Below are positions 1-13,400 of a stretch of 64,000 bases of DNA, piece after piece (the first letter of the stretch is position 1; the number at the start of each line of letters is the position of its first letter). The stretch covers positions 452,689-516,688 of the forward strand of contig MNCI01001630.1 of NCBI GenBank assembly GCA_015680685.1, given 5' to 3'. This stretch comes from Gnetum montanum. Its lineage: Eukaryota > Plantae > Gnetophyta. A model generated the notes under the pieces. It was not told the DNA's origin. It did no database searches and saw only the letters and a list, made by a program, of their open reading frames with translations. Made by a program: the position numbers and the translations under genes.

Positions 1-631
1 ACTACTATTGGGATTACCAAGCGTAGATCCTAGGTACGCTATTGGGTTACTAAGTAGTCACACTTAAATGCTCGTGATTAAGTCGTACTCATTCCATAGC
101 TAACAACAAGAATAGTAAATGATGCTAAAGAAATGTTAACTAAGAAAACAATAAATAACAATAATAATTAAATAATTAAAACTAAGTGAATGCTGCAATG
201 ATGAAATAATCTCAATCTTTATTGCCGATCATGTGCGTGTCCAAGTACGTCACACTCGAATAAAGGTTTCGTACAATTACAAGCATCACACTGCGAGCAT
301 GCACTTGGGAAAATAATTTAACTCCTACGGAAACAAACTGCAAGAGCTTCCCTACAATTAACTAAAAGATGCTTAAGTGTGGCAAGTGCGCACTTATTTA
401 TAGCTAAAAATTGACTTTGCGTCGACGCATGGGTGGATGTGTCGACGGGGCCCCGTATACGCGGCCTAGTTAACGCAGCCCCAATATCAGGGATCTGATA
501 TCAGGGCCTATCAAACCAGGTCTTCGATAACTAGGCTCCAATAACTAGGCCTGACAAACCATGACTCATCAATAATCATTGTGTTCGGAGAGCCGAGTAA
601 AGGACCAAGGTGGAATGACAAGGGTGTGACA
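1..631 (-). mobile_element. Gypsy-type LTR (partial, runs off the window start)
   Basis: The minus strand starts TGTCACACCC at 631. Positions 60-420 are the reverse complement of 4820-5180 (e.g. CCAAGTACGTCACACTC / GAGTGTGACGTACTTGG). Confidence 0.7.
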
Positions 632-1880
632 TCAAGGGGATTCATAGATTTTCTTTGGCTACTTCTATATGTTCTATCGTGTTGCCGAGGTTGTAACTAT
701 ATCCTTGTAGATCTAATGAAAAATGGGAGTAAGAGCAACTCAAATGGCACTAAATAAGCTTCTGTGGGTCCCATTAGAAAGACATGTACCCATGCATGAA
801 GGTAGGTGACTTCATAAAGCCAAACATGAATCAAAAAAAAGAAAAAGAAAAAGAAAAAGAGAAAAAAGAGAAGAAGGAAAGAAAGAGAGTGAGTCATTAT
901 GACACTCCTCTCCTGCTCCTTCCTTGAACAAAACGCCAAGTGATGTTACTCCTTGAAACTCTGGTAGGCTTATGGTTGTTTGTCGATGGGATGACATGAT
1001 GTGATGTAACTACAATGTGGTATGGACTTGGTTTGGAACTTGGAAAGCCATACACAAGGTTATTTAATCATTAATTGCACACAAGATTCCATTGTGACCA
1101 TCATGAGAAACTTCATGTCTTGATTTATGTGATCCCTTCTATGTCCATCTCATCTCGTTGTCCGAGTGTTCATAACTTATGGTTGATGTAACATAGAGTT
1201 ATTATCTCAACTCGGTGGTTTTAACATGTGTGTTTTGTTCATAGGTATATGTTGCATTCAACTTCTCTAGTGCCTATGGACATTAGAGGTGTGGTTCCAC
1301 AAGGACATCATATGCTAGAACCTACTTTGGGGAGGACCCACTTGTGTAACTTTTGTAACTTGCCCTTGTTGCACACAATGCATTATTTTACACCCTTCGA
1401 CTACTTACCTAAGTGAACTATCCTTTCCCTTATCATTGTAGTCAATCCTTTCTCAACAATTAGTATACACCCTTCATCCTAGCCCCTTTTCACAAAATTT
1501 TCATGGATGATCCCACACATGATATACTTCTAGTGCCTCAAAATTAATTTTCTAAATACCCCAAAAGCTTCCAATGCAATTTCCAATGCTTCATTACACA
1601 TCAAAAATTTCTTATTTTCACTTAGTCCTTGCATTCAATGAATTTCTGTGAGGACATGATATTGCATCTCCCCTACCTATATATACTCATGGCCCTGTCC
1701 ACTTTAAGTTCATTTCTCTTATTTGACACTAGGGGAGTTGTTGAAATTTTCCTTTGCGACCTAGTGCTTTACTTCTCCATCTTCCAAGCACAATATCTTG
1801 CTCTCTAATATTTCAATTTCAATTCTGTTTGATCCTAGTTGAACCTAGAGTGTTCCACTTAGTCATGGGGGAGTACTATA

Positions 1881-4570
1881 GTGGGAGGTGTGCAAACTTT
1901 TTTCGAAATTTGTCATCATCCAAAATTTGCAACAATACAATTTGGCCATGCAGAAGGTGGCGAAGTTAGAGCCCCAAAACTAGGGCAACATCTTACGCTA
2001 TCCCTTGAATATCTCCAAGCCATTCGAGAGAAGTCCACCTTTGCAGCTATGATAGTGGAGCTCAATTTTGGGCCTTTCACTGAGTTTGCCCCTAAACCAA
2101 TGAAGACTCAACTTAAGACATCTCCACTATGGCCCATCCTCTCGAAGAGTGGTGACTGGTATTTGGGTGAAACATACCAATTCTAACATGGAAAGGAAGA
2201 AGGCACTGTTGCAAATATAGGTGGTGATTCTATTGATTTTTCTACAAAGGCTAATGTAGAGGTCCTAAATCTTCCAAACAAAGGACCAAAAGTTGCTCAT
2301 TTGTCCACTCATTCAAATGCAGACGTAAGGAAATTATGGTTGAAATGGGCTTATGACAAGGAGAATAAAGTTTATGGAGAATTGACCCTGGAGGAGAGGA
2401 TCTACTTTAAGATCGACACTTATCACCTTTTCCCCACCAAAGGTTTAAAGAAATTATCTACTTATGGGATGCGGGGCAATGGGATTTTGATGGGAAAATT
2501 TAATGCGAATCTACCCCATTTATATTTGACAGAGATGTTAAGGTGATTTGAAGAAAGGAAGACGGGGAAGCTTGCATTGCCTTTCCCTTGCCTTATCAAG
2601 AAGCTATGTAGATGTGCTAGAATCTTGGGCTACATGAATGATGTCCCTAAAAAGCCCAAATCGCTTCATATGCTAAATAGCTCAAATTGCCAGCACCAAG
2701 GAAAGATGTTGACGAGCAATTAGAATAAGAGGAAGAGCAAATGGTTGGGCCCACTGCACCTCAAACAGCTAGACCCAACCAATAATAGGTAATAGGGCGC
2801 AGCACACAACCCATAAGCCAACAAGTCCAACAATCACCATTGCCATAACAAGACTATTGATTGTCTATCAGTCACCTCTGAACAATCGCTGAGACAATCA
2901 GTTGGGGAAGTTGTGAGGCCAAAAACCTATTCAAGGTCATTGATGATGTTATACAACCCACTATTTCAGTTGACCCTGCAAGTGGACATATTTCATTAAT
3001 TTTAGGAGGAGAGTCCTAGTGATCTCAGTAGATCTCTAGAAATGCAGCATCCTTCCAGGTCAGATTGGAAACTGGTGAGGATGCCATGGTGATGGTCATG
3101 TAGCAACAGGATGCAGTAAGCATAGCAGAGGTGGTCACAGATCATATCAAAGAATCATTTAACATCCCTATTGTGCCATCAGTAGATTTCACAGGAGCAC
3201 ATGATGATTTAAGTTTTGGCCAGTCCCTCAATGACTCCTGCAGAACATGAGGATGCTTTGGATTACTTGCTACAAATAGGACAAATTATGACATCTTTGT
3301 TTGACATCCCCTAAGATGTCATAGTAGCACAATTAGACCTCATGTCCACCAAAGGAAAATTAGTCATGGCTGAATTTAGGGCCAAGCACGTGGAACCAGA
3401 GTTGAAAAGATTGCAAGAAAAGCTTGTCACCCTACAAGTTGAATGAAGGGATCCTTCCCAATTTATCACAGCTAACCAATTAGACATTTTCAAAACCGAG
3501 CAACTGAATAAATTATTGGAAGAAAATAAAAAGATGGTAAGGGAAAAAGAACAGGCTGATTGAGATGCTTCAAAGGCACAAGCTTAAATGTATGCACATG
3601 CCAAAGCTCTCAAGGCCTTACAAGAGGAGAATAAACTACTTATTGCTGAAAATATTCGATTAACAAAAATTAAGAAATAGAAGAACCTTCTTGAAGAAAG
3701 TTTCCAACAAATGCGAGAATAACTAGTTCGGGTCAACCAAGACATGAATCACTTGGGTAGGGAGAATAGAATCCTCTCCATGGAGGAGGTCCACGCCATC
3801 CAACAAAAGAAAGCCATAGAAATAAGTGCATGGAAAAATGAGGCTAAGAAGCACAAAAAGTTAAAAGAACACGTTCGTGACTAAGTGGGAATGTGCACGG
3901 AAATCATCAAAAAGGAGATCTGTATGGCTAAGACCCACATTAATTCTTTCAGTGCTCAACACATTGATTGGCGAGCTATATTGGATACTTATGCCTTCGT
4001 CTACCAAGTAGAATTGAAAAGTCGGGACCTGTAGATTTAGGACTTAACAGAGTACATGGAGTTGGCAAACCTACGATATGCCAACTTAGCCATGTTAATA
4101 GCAGGGTACCTGAGAATTGAGCTCGAGAAGCAGGTAGTTGCCACTTATGCTAAGTATGAGACAAAGTTTGTGGAACATAAGAAGACATTGCAAAAATTAG
4201 AAGTAGCAAACTCTGAATTAGAGGTGATTAAAGCAAGCTACCATGACCAAAAAGATGTAGTAGAAAACTTGGCTCAATGGCTAACAGATTAACAAGAATT
4301 ACGAGACAAAGCCAAAGCCTATGCAGAAGAACGACGATAGTTTGCTGCATGGTATGTTAAAGCAAATCAAATGTTTTCATAACTGTTGTGTCTATGGGAG
4401 GTGCCAACTCCATTAAACATTGGAACGTCATCATGGACTGTACATGACCCTCGAATAAAATAAGAAAAACTGTAGGCACTTCTCACCCGTCAACAATTTT
4501 AGAAGTTTGCAAGGGTAGACAAAGGGAAAGCACAAATGGAGGAGCCACCACCTCTAGGAACCACATGAGT
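1881..4570 (+). pseudogene. Decayed accessory (env-position) ORF of a Gypsy-type LTR retrotransposon: Athila/Transposase_32-like domain plus long coiled coil
   Basis: Stop-interrupted frames read IDFSTKANVEVLNLPNKG...NANLPHLYLTEML...LPFPCLIKKLC, then an E/K/Q-rich heptad region (3350-4350) ending in VDKGKAQMEEPPP. It lies just upstream of a PPT-like tract and LTR at about 4730. Confidence 0.6.
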
Positions 4571-4729
4571 CTGAACAATTTTGTATTTTGTATCCAAATT
4601 TTGTGTTTCCATATTACGACATGGTGAGTCAGTAGTAGTCAATAATCCCATACCTTCATAATGTGTTGTAAGAGACTCATTTCTCATTGTATTAACTTGA
4701 GGGTGAGTTTTTATTCAATCATGGAGGTA

Positions 4730-5230
4730 TGATGAATTGTGGTTTACGAGGCCCCGATATTGGGTACGCGATATTGTGGCCTAGATACGATATCATATAC
4801 ATGATATCATGATTCCTGTGTTAGCCTATAAATACAACACTCAGGTGCACAGCAAGAGGGGAATTAGATCATTAGAAAGTTAGAAGTTCTTTTCTTTTGG
4901 CAGTTTAGCTTTCAGTTATTCTCAGTGCATGCCTACAGTGTGATGTTTGTAATTATACAACACCTTTGTTTGAGTGTGACGTACTTGGACACATGCATGA
5001 TCAGCAATAAAGATCGAGATTACTTTCGTCATTGCAGCATTCACTTAGATTAATTTCATTGTTTTAATTCTTTAATTATTTAATGTTTTCTTTAATTACA
5101 ATCCAATTTATTGTTATTTACTTTTTCTATCATTAAGTGGAATGTGTACGCCTTAATCACGAGCGTTTAAGTGTGAATACTTGGCATGTCCAGTAGTAAC
5201 TCCATGAAGTCTAAGACGTGTACGAATGGA
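4730..5230 (+). mobile_element. Gypsy-type 3' LTR (right end approximate)
   Basis: TG start after AACTTGAGGGTGAG...ATGGAGGTA, TATA-like CTATAAATA near 4827, and an inverted match to the LTR at 1-631. Confidence 0.6.
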
Positions 5231-6889
5231 TAAGGATAGATACCATCACCATAGGCTAATTTAGGTTTTACTCTTATTATTAATTTGATCAATTTATCTT
5301 TTATGTTATCAGGAGTAACATAGAGTTAGGACAACATCATATGCCTCACTCTAGACTAAACCATAGATGACAAAGCTACTACTAGCCTAGGTGGGAAGAT
5401 AGCGAACTGTGATCAATATATAACTGTCTAGGTGCCACAACTAGTTCATTCGCGAAGTTTGACTGGATCGCACGTACATGCTCGTATTTGTATGGTTGAG
5501 TGTAGGGGTACTTTGCCACTCATCAGTAGGCTCTATTGTAGTGGTGATCCCTCTAATGCTCATGATGCTTTCTTATTTCATATTTGATTCTTTCGCCTCA
5601 TTCTTCATGATCACCTTTCTCTTTATTAGGATGTCTTGTTTTGTTTGCATGTCTCTCATGATCTCTTCTTTTTTCCCCATCATGATCCCTCAATCTTCAT
5701 TTCCTCTTGTTAGAATCTGTTGATGAATGTGAGGAAGAAGATGGAGGAGTTAGAGAATAATGTTGGCTGGTCTCCTTTTGTGATTTCTTGATTCATCTCT
5801 TATAGATCCATTCGAGGTCTTAGACCTTGAATTCCTCCTAAGTTTGGAGTCCTCCTTATTTCTTCTAGGGGTTTCTACAAGAGCTAAATGTAGCTTTATT
5901 TTCATGGGATCTTTAATATAAATTACTAGTGTTTGGGAATGAGATCCATGAGTTTGATAGAATTTTTTGGCTTGGAATAAAGCATCTTCTTTTGCTTTTA
6001 GGATAACTATCTATGGTGCCCTCTTCCCTTTATCTTGTTCATACCTTGCTTTCATAATGGCATCCCTTCTTACTTGAGCCTTCGTTAGCTAATATGGCTT
6101 AGTCATATTTTAGTGAGATATCTTTCTTACGCATGGCCAAGATTTGACCTCATGAGGACTACTTGAAGTATTGATAGTGCCAAATGTTTAGGTGATAGGA
6201 CAATATTACCGTGTAAGTCTTTTCATTTGAGTTGTTCATCCTAGTGGAAAATGAATGTAACATTAAGATAATAAGAGATAGTAGGAGCATATGAAATTCA
6301 AGTTTTCATCAATGCACTCCAATCTTCTTCATTGTAATCTTTGTCATGAATTTAATTAAGATCAATAATAGGTGGATATTTTACTTAGTTGTAGAAGCCA
6401 TTTTAGTTTGTTTGATGCTTAAGTGTGTATACGTTTTAAGAAATTTCTCTAAATATAAAATATGTACTTTGTGATACTTGATGTAATGAACTTTGTAAAA
6501 TCAACTAACTAGCAAACATTAACATATCCCCAACAACAACACTAACGATGAATAGTTGGATATTCGAACACTTAACCATGTAAGTCACAAGTGTTCGTAC
6601 TTGACTAGATTGTAATCTGCAAATGGGCAATGTAAGTATACTAGCAAGTTGATGTTAAGTTCATGATCGTTGTCTTCCCACTTAGAGTTAGCAAGGTGCA
6701 AATCATATGGTTTAACTCTTAATGGGATATGTGATGAATTGATGTTGTTTAGCTTTAAGTATCCTAAGTGTGAACATGAGGAAAATGATTATAAATTCTA
6801 ATTCTAAGTACAATGGAATTGTAAATCTATTCTATCCTATGCCAATAAGTATCTGTTCCTAGTTTTCCGTACATGTCCTTAGTTGATGT

Positions 6890-7380
6890 AATTGTTACTC
6901 AAATTACTAAGTAACTTCACTACTGAGTGAATCAAGCAAAGTCACTACTGGGTTACCAAACAATTACACTTTATGCTTGAAACCAATTGTACTTATTCCA
7001 CCTTACTAATAGGCATTGAAATAGTAAATTATTTAGTAAAAGTAAATAACTAAATAAAAGTAAACATGATAGAAAAGTAAATCTATGCTAAGTGATATAC
7101 TGCAATAATGAAAAACAATCTTGATCTTTACTGTTGTTTATGAATTGTGTCTAGGAACAATCCACTCGAATAAAGATTCTGTACAATTGCAATTTACCAC
7201 ATTGTGGACATTTACTTTAACTCTAACTTTATGAAAACAAATTGCAAGAATTTCACTAACAGTTAGCAAAGACTTGTCATTTTGATGTGATGGTGGGTTG
7301 GTATTTATAAGCATGCTTATGGCCCACAACATCGTATCTACGATCACATATGCAAAGCTATGATATTGTAACACTCCAAC
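6890..7380 (-). mobile_element. Older diverged copy of the same LTR family
   Basis: Same-orientation similarity to 1-300 (ACTACTGGGTTACCAA; CTGCAATAATGAAA; CACTCGAATAAAG; GTACAATTGCAA). Confidence 0.55.
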
Positions 7381-8345
7381 AAAACTTGTTTGATCAATAA
7401 CTAAATTTGTATAATAAAGATTAGATATACATAATTGAATGTGCATAAAAAATGAAATATGGATAGCCAAATACTTATAAAGGCATAATAACTAACAAAA
7501 AGAAAAACTCCTTGGGGTAAATTGGATTTTAACATTTGATAATAAAATATATGGTAGATCTATCACTGAGCTCTAATAGTAGTAAAACAACAAGCACAAA
7601 ACTTTAACAAAATGGCCTAGCAAGCAAATTATATTCACTCATGTAAGAAACTAACAACAACATTGACAACAAAAATAGTAATAACAATAATGATAATAAT
7701 ATAATCTTATGATTGAACCAAGAAAATTAGAGCTAATCTATTGAAATGCATCTAACAACATTAAAGAATTAATTATATGCATTAAATTAAATAACTAAAC
7801 CTTTGAAAATTTTTAGGTTGCGATAAACATATTATTTGAAGACCTAAAAAGAATAAGTTCAAATTTAGATACATAGGTTCCTTTGAAATTCTTGAATGTG
7901 TTGGACTTGTTGCCTATAGATTAGCCTTACCTCCTAGATTGTATTTTGTGCATAATGTTTTTCATGTTTTCATGGTTAAAATAATATGTTTATGATTCTA
8001 AGGATGTTTTGAAAGAGGAAAACATTCAAGTTAGTCCAAGTTATACCACTTCAACCCAACCACTACGAATTTTAGACTATAGAGTTCTCATACTCCAACA
8101 CCACACTATCCCCCAAGTACATATGGAATGGAGTGATGATAGCTCATGGTATCATTAATAATAAAAAATTCTTAGTTTTTGAAGATTATGTCTCATGATA
8201 AGCTTGTGCTATATATACCAAGACCTGTAATTAGCTTGTGGTGTGTATGCCATGATGTGTGGTCAACTCATGGTGAAATATCACACTCATATGGTCTATT
8301 TTTCTTTAATTTTTTTTAAAGCATTTACTTTTATACATTATATAA

Positions 8346-8430
8346 TGAGGTGTTAACCTAGTGGTAAGACTTGTGATTTGAAAACTCCAAGTGATGGGTT
8401 TGATTTTGATGGGCAATGCTAAGTTATAAA
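8346..8430 (+). mobile_element. tRNA-derived SINE-like remnant
   Basis: Degenerate A box (TAACCTAGTGG) and B box (GGGTTTGATT). It shares the TGAGGTGTTA head and AAGTTATAAA tail with 8771-8855. Confidence 0.45.
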
Positions 8431-8770
8431 GTTGTGAAGGTATATTGTATTAAAGTTTGGATAAAAATGTCACATGATTTTTATCCCATGGAGTTAATTG
8501 TTGATCCTAAATTTGAAAGTTTTTACTTACAACCACTTGGATAATATTTAATCTATTAGACAAAACTAAATTTTTCTTTATGTCTACTAAGCCCTTATTG
8601 AATGTAATAGATAATTAGAATTCCTTTTATAGATTATTTATTAGATTTAGGATCAAAGGTTGTTTTCCTCTATAATACATGTTGGATAACTATGGAGATC
8701 CTTATAGGTTTCATATTATCTTAACCATCATCAAAAGAACTATATGACCTTAACTGAACTACATCAACAA

Positions 8771-8855
8771 TGAGGTGTTAGCCTAGTAATATGGGTCTTG
8801 GCTTGGTAACCCTAGGTCACAGATTTGATTCTACTAGCTAGCACCAAGTTATAAA
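8771..8855 (+). mobile_element. tRNA-derived SINE-like remnant, second copy
   Basis: TGAGGTGTTAGCCTAGTAA...AGATTTGATTC...AAGTTATAAA, a paralog of 8346-8430. Confidence 0.45.
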
Positions 8856-9899
8856 CTTTTATAAATCTTGAGATGTACCTATGTTTCAATTATTTCGAGT
8901 TTCAACACACCCTTTTAATTGAACTACGTCAAAAGAGTATGTAAGCTTATTAAAGAGGCTTTGCCCAACATAACTATATCATATGACATTACATGTACAG
9001 ATCATGCATCCATGGTTATAGGTAAGTGCCTACTAATGCCACTATTTGACGGTTAGTTGTCCAATTAGTATGCATATATCAAATAGTAGAGTGCACTTCA
9101 TGTCGTACGCACATGGCAGTGGAGTGCATTGCCATGCAGCTCAATAGTGAGGGTTATTTTTTAATACAAAGCCATTCAACCATTAGCAAGGATCAAGTGC
9201 AAGGAAGGCAACATATTTTCTCTAATGCTACCTTTTTAAATCAAGAAAAACAAGAGTTGAAAATAAAATATTGCATGCGAAATCCAGTTTTCCATGAAAG
9301 TTCGTGAAGAAAAACAAGAGCTGAAAATAAAATATCGTGCACGAAGTAACAGTGTTTGAAAAAAGGCCACCAAATTAACATTAATTTTTTCATTCTATCT
9401 TGTGGTTACCTAATTTCCCTGTAACTCTCGGTCCCATAGCTAATGCATTGTTAGCTACTGTGCCCTTCAAAACTTTTCTAATAAGATACAAAAACTGCAC
9501 AAAACCGCACAATGCACACACAATGCCCTCACGTGCATGCACCATCAGAGAGCATCAGTGACGTGCTGCAGAATTTTACACGTTTTTGAGATTCTGATTT
9601 TTGCCAGTACCAGGAATAACGTGTTTTGCAAGATGGAATTTGCAGGACCGATAGCTACGCTAATCCTATAACAAAGGGCGACTGAATGGTTTATTGGGAC
9701 GATGGTCAAACCTTGTCTTATGACAATGGATGACCGAAATTTCAGACAAATCAAACCATGACAATGATTGTGTCTAAATAATTTAGCAGGACAAATTAAA
9801 GTGTAACAGGAGGTGCCCGAGCAGTGTACCGAGATGTTAAAAGAAATGAGAGAGAGTGGGTGCGAGAATAGGCCACCGGACAAAATGCTGGTTCTGCCA

Positions 9900-9932
9900 T
9901 TGGGATTGGGATTAGGATTGGGATTGGGATTG
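9900..9932. repeat. (TTGGGA)n hexamer microsatellite upstream of the gene
   Basis: TTGGGATTGGGATTAGGATTGGGATTGGGATTG seen directly. Confidence 0.85.
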
Positions 9933-10060
9933 GCTTCTCGGCCAAAAACTGAAGCCAAGAGGAGGTGTTGCCGCTGCATCCAGGCTCGATTTTGATTCGG
10001 GTATTCAATGGCACAACACACAAAATACTGAGAATAGTCAATCGTGACATGAGAAATTAA

Positions 10061-10140
10061 AGCGGTCTCACACAAACACTGTTTGGAGGAAGAAGAAGAA
10101 AGCGGTCTCACACAAACACTGTTTGGAGGAAGAAGAAGAA
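10061..10140 (+). repeat. Perfect 40-bp tandem duplication in the probable 5' leader
   Basis: AGCGGTCTCACACAAACACTGTTTGGAGGAAGAAGAAGAA occurs twice, followed by a GAA-rich tract before the ATG. Confidence 0.95.
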
Positions 10141-10191
10141 AAAAGGAAGAAGAAGAAGAAGCAGAAGAGGAGCAAGCAAGAGTAGCCGTGA

Positions 10192-10425
10192 ATGTCAGGG
10201 GCAGGGATGCACCATCCTCATCCTCCTCCTCATCATCATCACCATCCACATCCACATTCACATTCACAGGCGGCTGCTGCTGCTGCTCAGTATCAGCACT
10301 GGATTGCTGCTGCTGCAGCAGCTGCTCCAGCGCCTGCAACACCAGCAGCAGCAGCAGGTGCTGCGGCACCTCCGGCCATGCACGCCGATTCGCCCTATTC
10401 TGCTCACTCTTCCTCCTTCGAAGAG
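10192..10425 (+). CDS. Exon 1: His/Pro- and Ala-rich N-terminus (MSGAGMHHPHPPP...SSSFEE)
   Basis: ATG at 10192, donor GAG|GTTTGC, phase 0. The MxGAGxH start matches the family. Confidence 0.88.
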
Positions 10426-13400
10426 GTTTGCATCGCTCATCATTTGCATTTGTCCTTTGCCTTATTTGCATTCGTCATTTACCTTAGCCTAAAAAAGAAG
10501 ATTTAAGCTAAGAAGATTTCGCTGTGCAAGAGGCTCTATGGCAGAAGCCGCCGAATTTGTTCATTGAAAGTTATTTCTCTTTGTACGAACTTTGCCTAAA
10601 GGTGTTCAAGATTATTTGAATCTTCTCTTCGTGAATTTTATTTGAAGGATGAGGTACACTGATTGGGAAGAAATTGTATTTTATGCTTTAATTCAAAACT
10701 TTGAGGCTTATGGTGTAATAAAATTATCAAATTATGTTGAGGCTTATGATGTAAAAATATATCAAATTACGTTAAGGCTTATGGTGGTGTAAAGGAAGAT
10801 TCAATAGACTGTTTATTTTTGACATCCGTGGTTTCAGCTGCTGTGTTGCACCATTCGTTGGGCTTGCTCATTCCATGTATGCTCCATGAAAATACTTGAG
10901 GGAGCTTGTTTAGCCTTTATTGCTTTTTGGGGACAGGTTCGTGTTCATGCTATGTTTGGGAAGAATAAATAAAAATTTCTTTGTAATGATTTTCTTGCTA
11001 GTTATTACCGGCTGTAAGAACCCTTCTGTTTCAGGTTATTACCGGTCATAAAGACCCCTGCCTTCCTATTGTTCAACCTAGTGCCGAAAAAACTTGAAGC
11101 AGGTTTTAAACTTCTAATTCTTTTTAATGAACCTCATGAATTTCTTTGTTAGAATAAATACATTCCAGTAAATCAGGCAATGCAGTCTTATTAATATTTG
11201 TTACAATAAAGATATGTGGTTGCTTGCATATCAAGCAACTTATTTCTAAATCTATCTTTAGATTTTTCATGGCTTCTTCACCTTCCTTGGATCATTTTTA
11301 GATCTAATTTAGACATTTCAAAACTTCCTTTTAGATCATTCCAAAGTCATCTTGGAAGTCTTGAGTAATTGCAAATATTAATAATCCATCTTTTAGATGG
11401 TCTGGCTTTGATTCTGATGGGTAGGTTGATCTGACACATTGTTATGTCTAATGAAAGTATTGCAAAAGTTCATGTTGGCTATATGTCTTGGGGATATATA
11501 TAGTTATCTAGTTCTAATTTCCAAAACCACCCCTCTCCCTCTTAATCTTGAATTTTAGCACTACCAAGTAATCATATTTTAATGTTTAATAAAGCTAGCT
11601 ATTTTTAACTATAAATGCTTGCTTCTTATCCCTTTAAGGTTTGATGTAGCTATTCTCTTCTAGACGGTTGCTAATTGTGCATAGGCTTAGGATATAACCA
11701 CATAAGTTATTTATGGTCCATCTTTTTATGGGAGGATGTTGGACCCTAAAATGTTTTATGAATATTAAGAAAAAAATTAAAGTACATTACATTCTAAGCA
11801 ATGAGGGGAGGTGAAACTCCAAAACAGCATGGGAAACAAAAGCTTGCTGGTTTTGGGATGCCTATTTGGGTGTTTATTCTTACAATAAACTTGAAAATTT
11901 AAGAAAAAGTTTATTATTCAGAGAGGGGGGTGGGGTGTGGGTGGTGGGGGAGTGTTGGTGTCTGGTTTTTTGGCAATGCCCAAAATTTTCTTTTTTATTT
12001 TCCAAGTGTCCAAAGTCATGTTGTAGTTAGATTTTTTTATGCCAAAGTAATGCGCCAAGAAGGAGGCAAGAAACGCCATGAAATAGGTGAAAAATAGCTT
12101 AGGAATAGCTTGGTTTGAGCAAATAGATTAAAAAAGGAAGGAGGGGACTGATGAAGCCTTTATGTTGAGGATGTCAGATGTCACAAAGTTCTCCCATTAT
12201 TCAACTATAAATAGAAGCCATGGACCTCATTATAATGACACAATCAAGTAACAAAGAGTTCAAGATGAGCTGTGTCAAGTTGTTTTTCTTCCTCTCTTGC
12301 TTCATTTTCTTTCTTCCCATTTAGTGTCATCTATTGATGAGCTTCACGAGCATTGAATTTCTCTCATTCTTGCAACCATAATTTCTCTCATAAATGCTCT
12401 CCCATTTGCAGGCCAGTAACTCTCAAGTCTTTCAAAAAATTTCTCATAATGATTTTTTTAATACCCTTCTCTGAGTTGTTTCACATTCTCTCAATTTACC
12501 TTGACAAATTCTCTCAAATGAATTCACAAACACTCTTACATGTTTCTCTCAACTTTGCATCACAAGATAGTTTAAGAAATGCATCTATGAAATACTAAAT
12601 TTGTGTTTTAATTCTATGGTTATGTCAAGTTCATATGCATGAATGTGTGGGAAGAATGTCATAGATGCAAGTGTTTGTTGAAATGTATAGTGATGTTTCT
12701 TGACATAAAAGGCAATCTTTATTATGATATTTGTCCTGCCTTTTCCTTTAATTTGTTAAGTAAATGATGTCTATCAAAATTGTTGTAGATTTAGATGCAC
12801 TTGTCCATTCATGGAGGCCTTTTTTGATGCTTTATGGGTCTATGTTATGTTGAAGAAGAGGCCCTCTTGATGCCTCTATTTTGCATATGAATTTCTATGT
12901 ATTGTTGAATATCTTGAACATCCAAGCCTTGCATATGCGTAGTCCTTTTTGCTCACCAAATATGAGCACTCCTATCTTGATTCCGGCCCAAATTATATGA
13001 TCAATTTGATTTATATGAAGGTCATTTAATGTTGAAGATGAAAGCCTTCTTTTTTTGAAATCATGGGCATGAATTTCCAAGTGTAATTGTTATGTTTGGG
13101 CCTCAAATACCATGAGCCTTGCACCTCTCACTACATAAAGAAGATTTGCATACTTTGTTCAAAAATTCAAGCTCATTGCCAAGCCAAATTACTTTGCCAT
13201 TTAAGCCCTAAATTATCTCTTCCAATTTCCTAAGACAAGAGCTGATATGTTGTTCAAATGACTGAATTCTTTTATCAAATCACAGATTAGGGATTGTCAA
13301 TTTATTTGCCTATGTTGTCATGCCAAAATTTAAACCTAAAAATTTGAATCAAGGCTAATTTCATTTTAGTTTTTGTTTTTTGATCCAACGTGATCCTAGA

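Noticed and set aside
9530-9565. G-box/ACGT motifs upstream of the gene
   Set aside because: Short motifs expected by chance, and the TSS is unknown.
9900-9932. Telomere-like repeat
   Set aside because: The unit is TTGGGA, not TTTAGGG or TTAGGG; an ordinary microsatellite.
9545-10471. 308-aa antisense ORF and other overlapping poly-Q/S/E ORFs over exon 1
   Set aside because: Explained by stop-poor trinucleotide and hexamer repeats. No recognisable domain and no downstream exons; a divergent non-coding transcript cannot be excluded.
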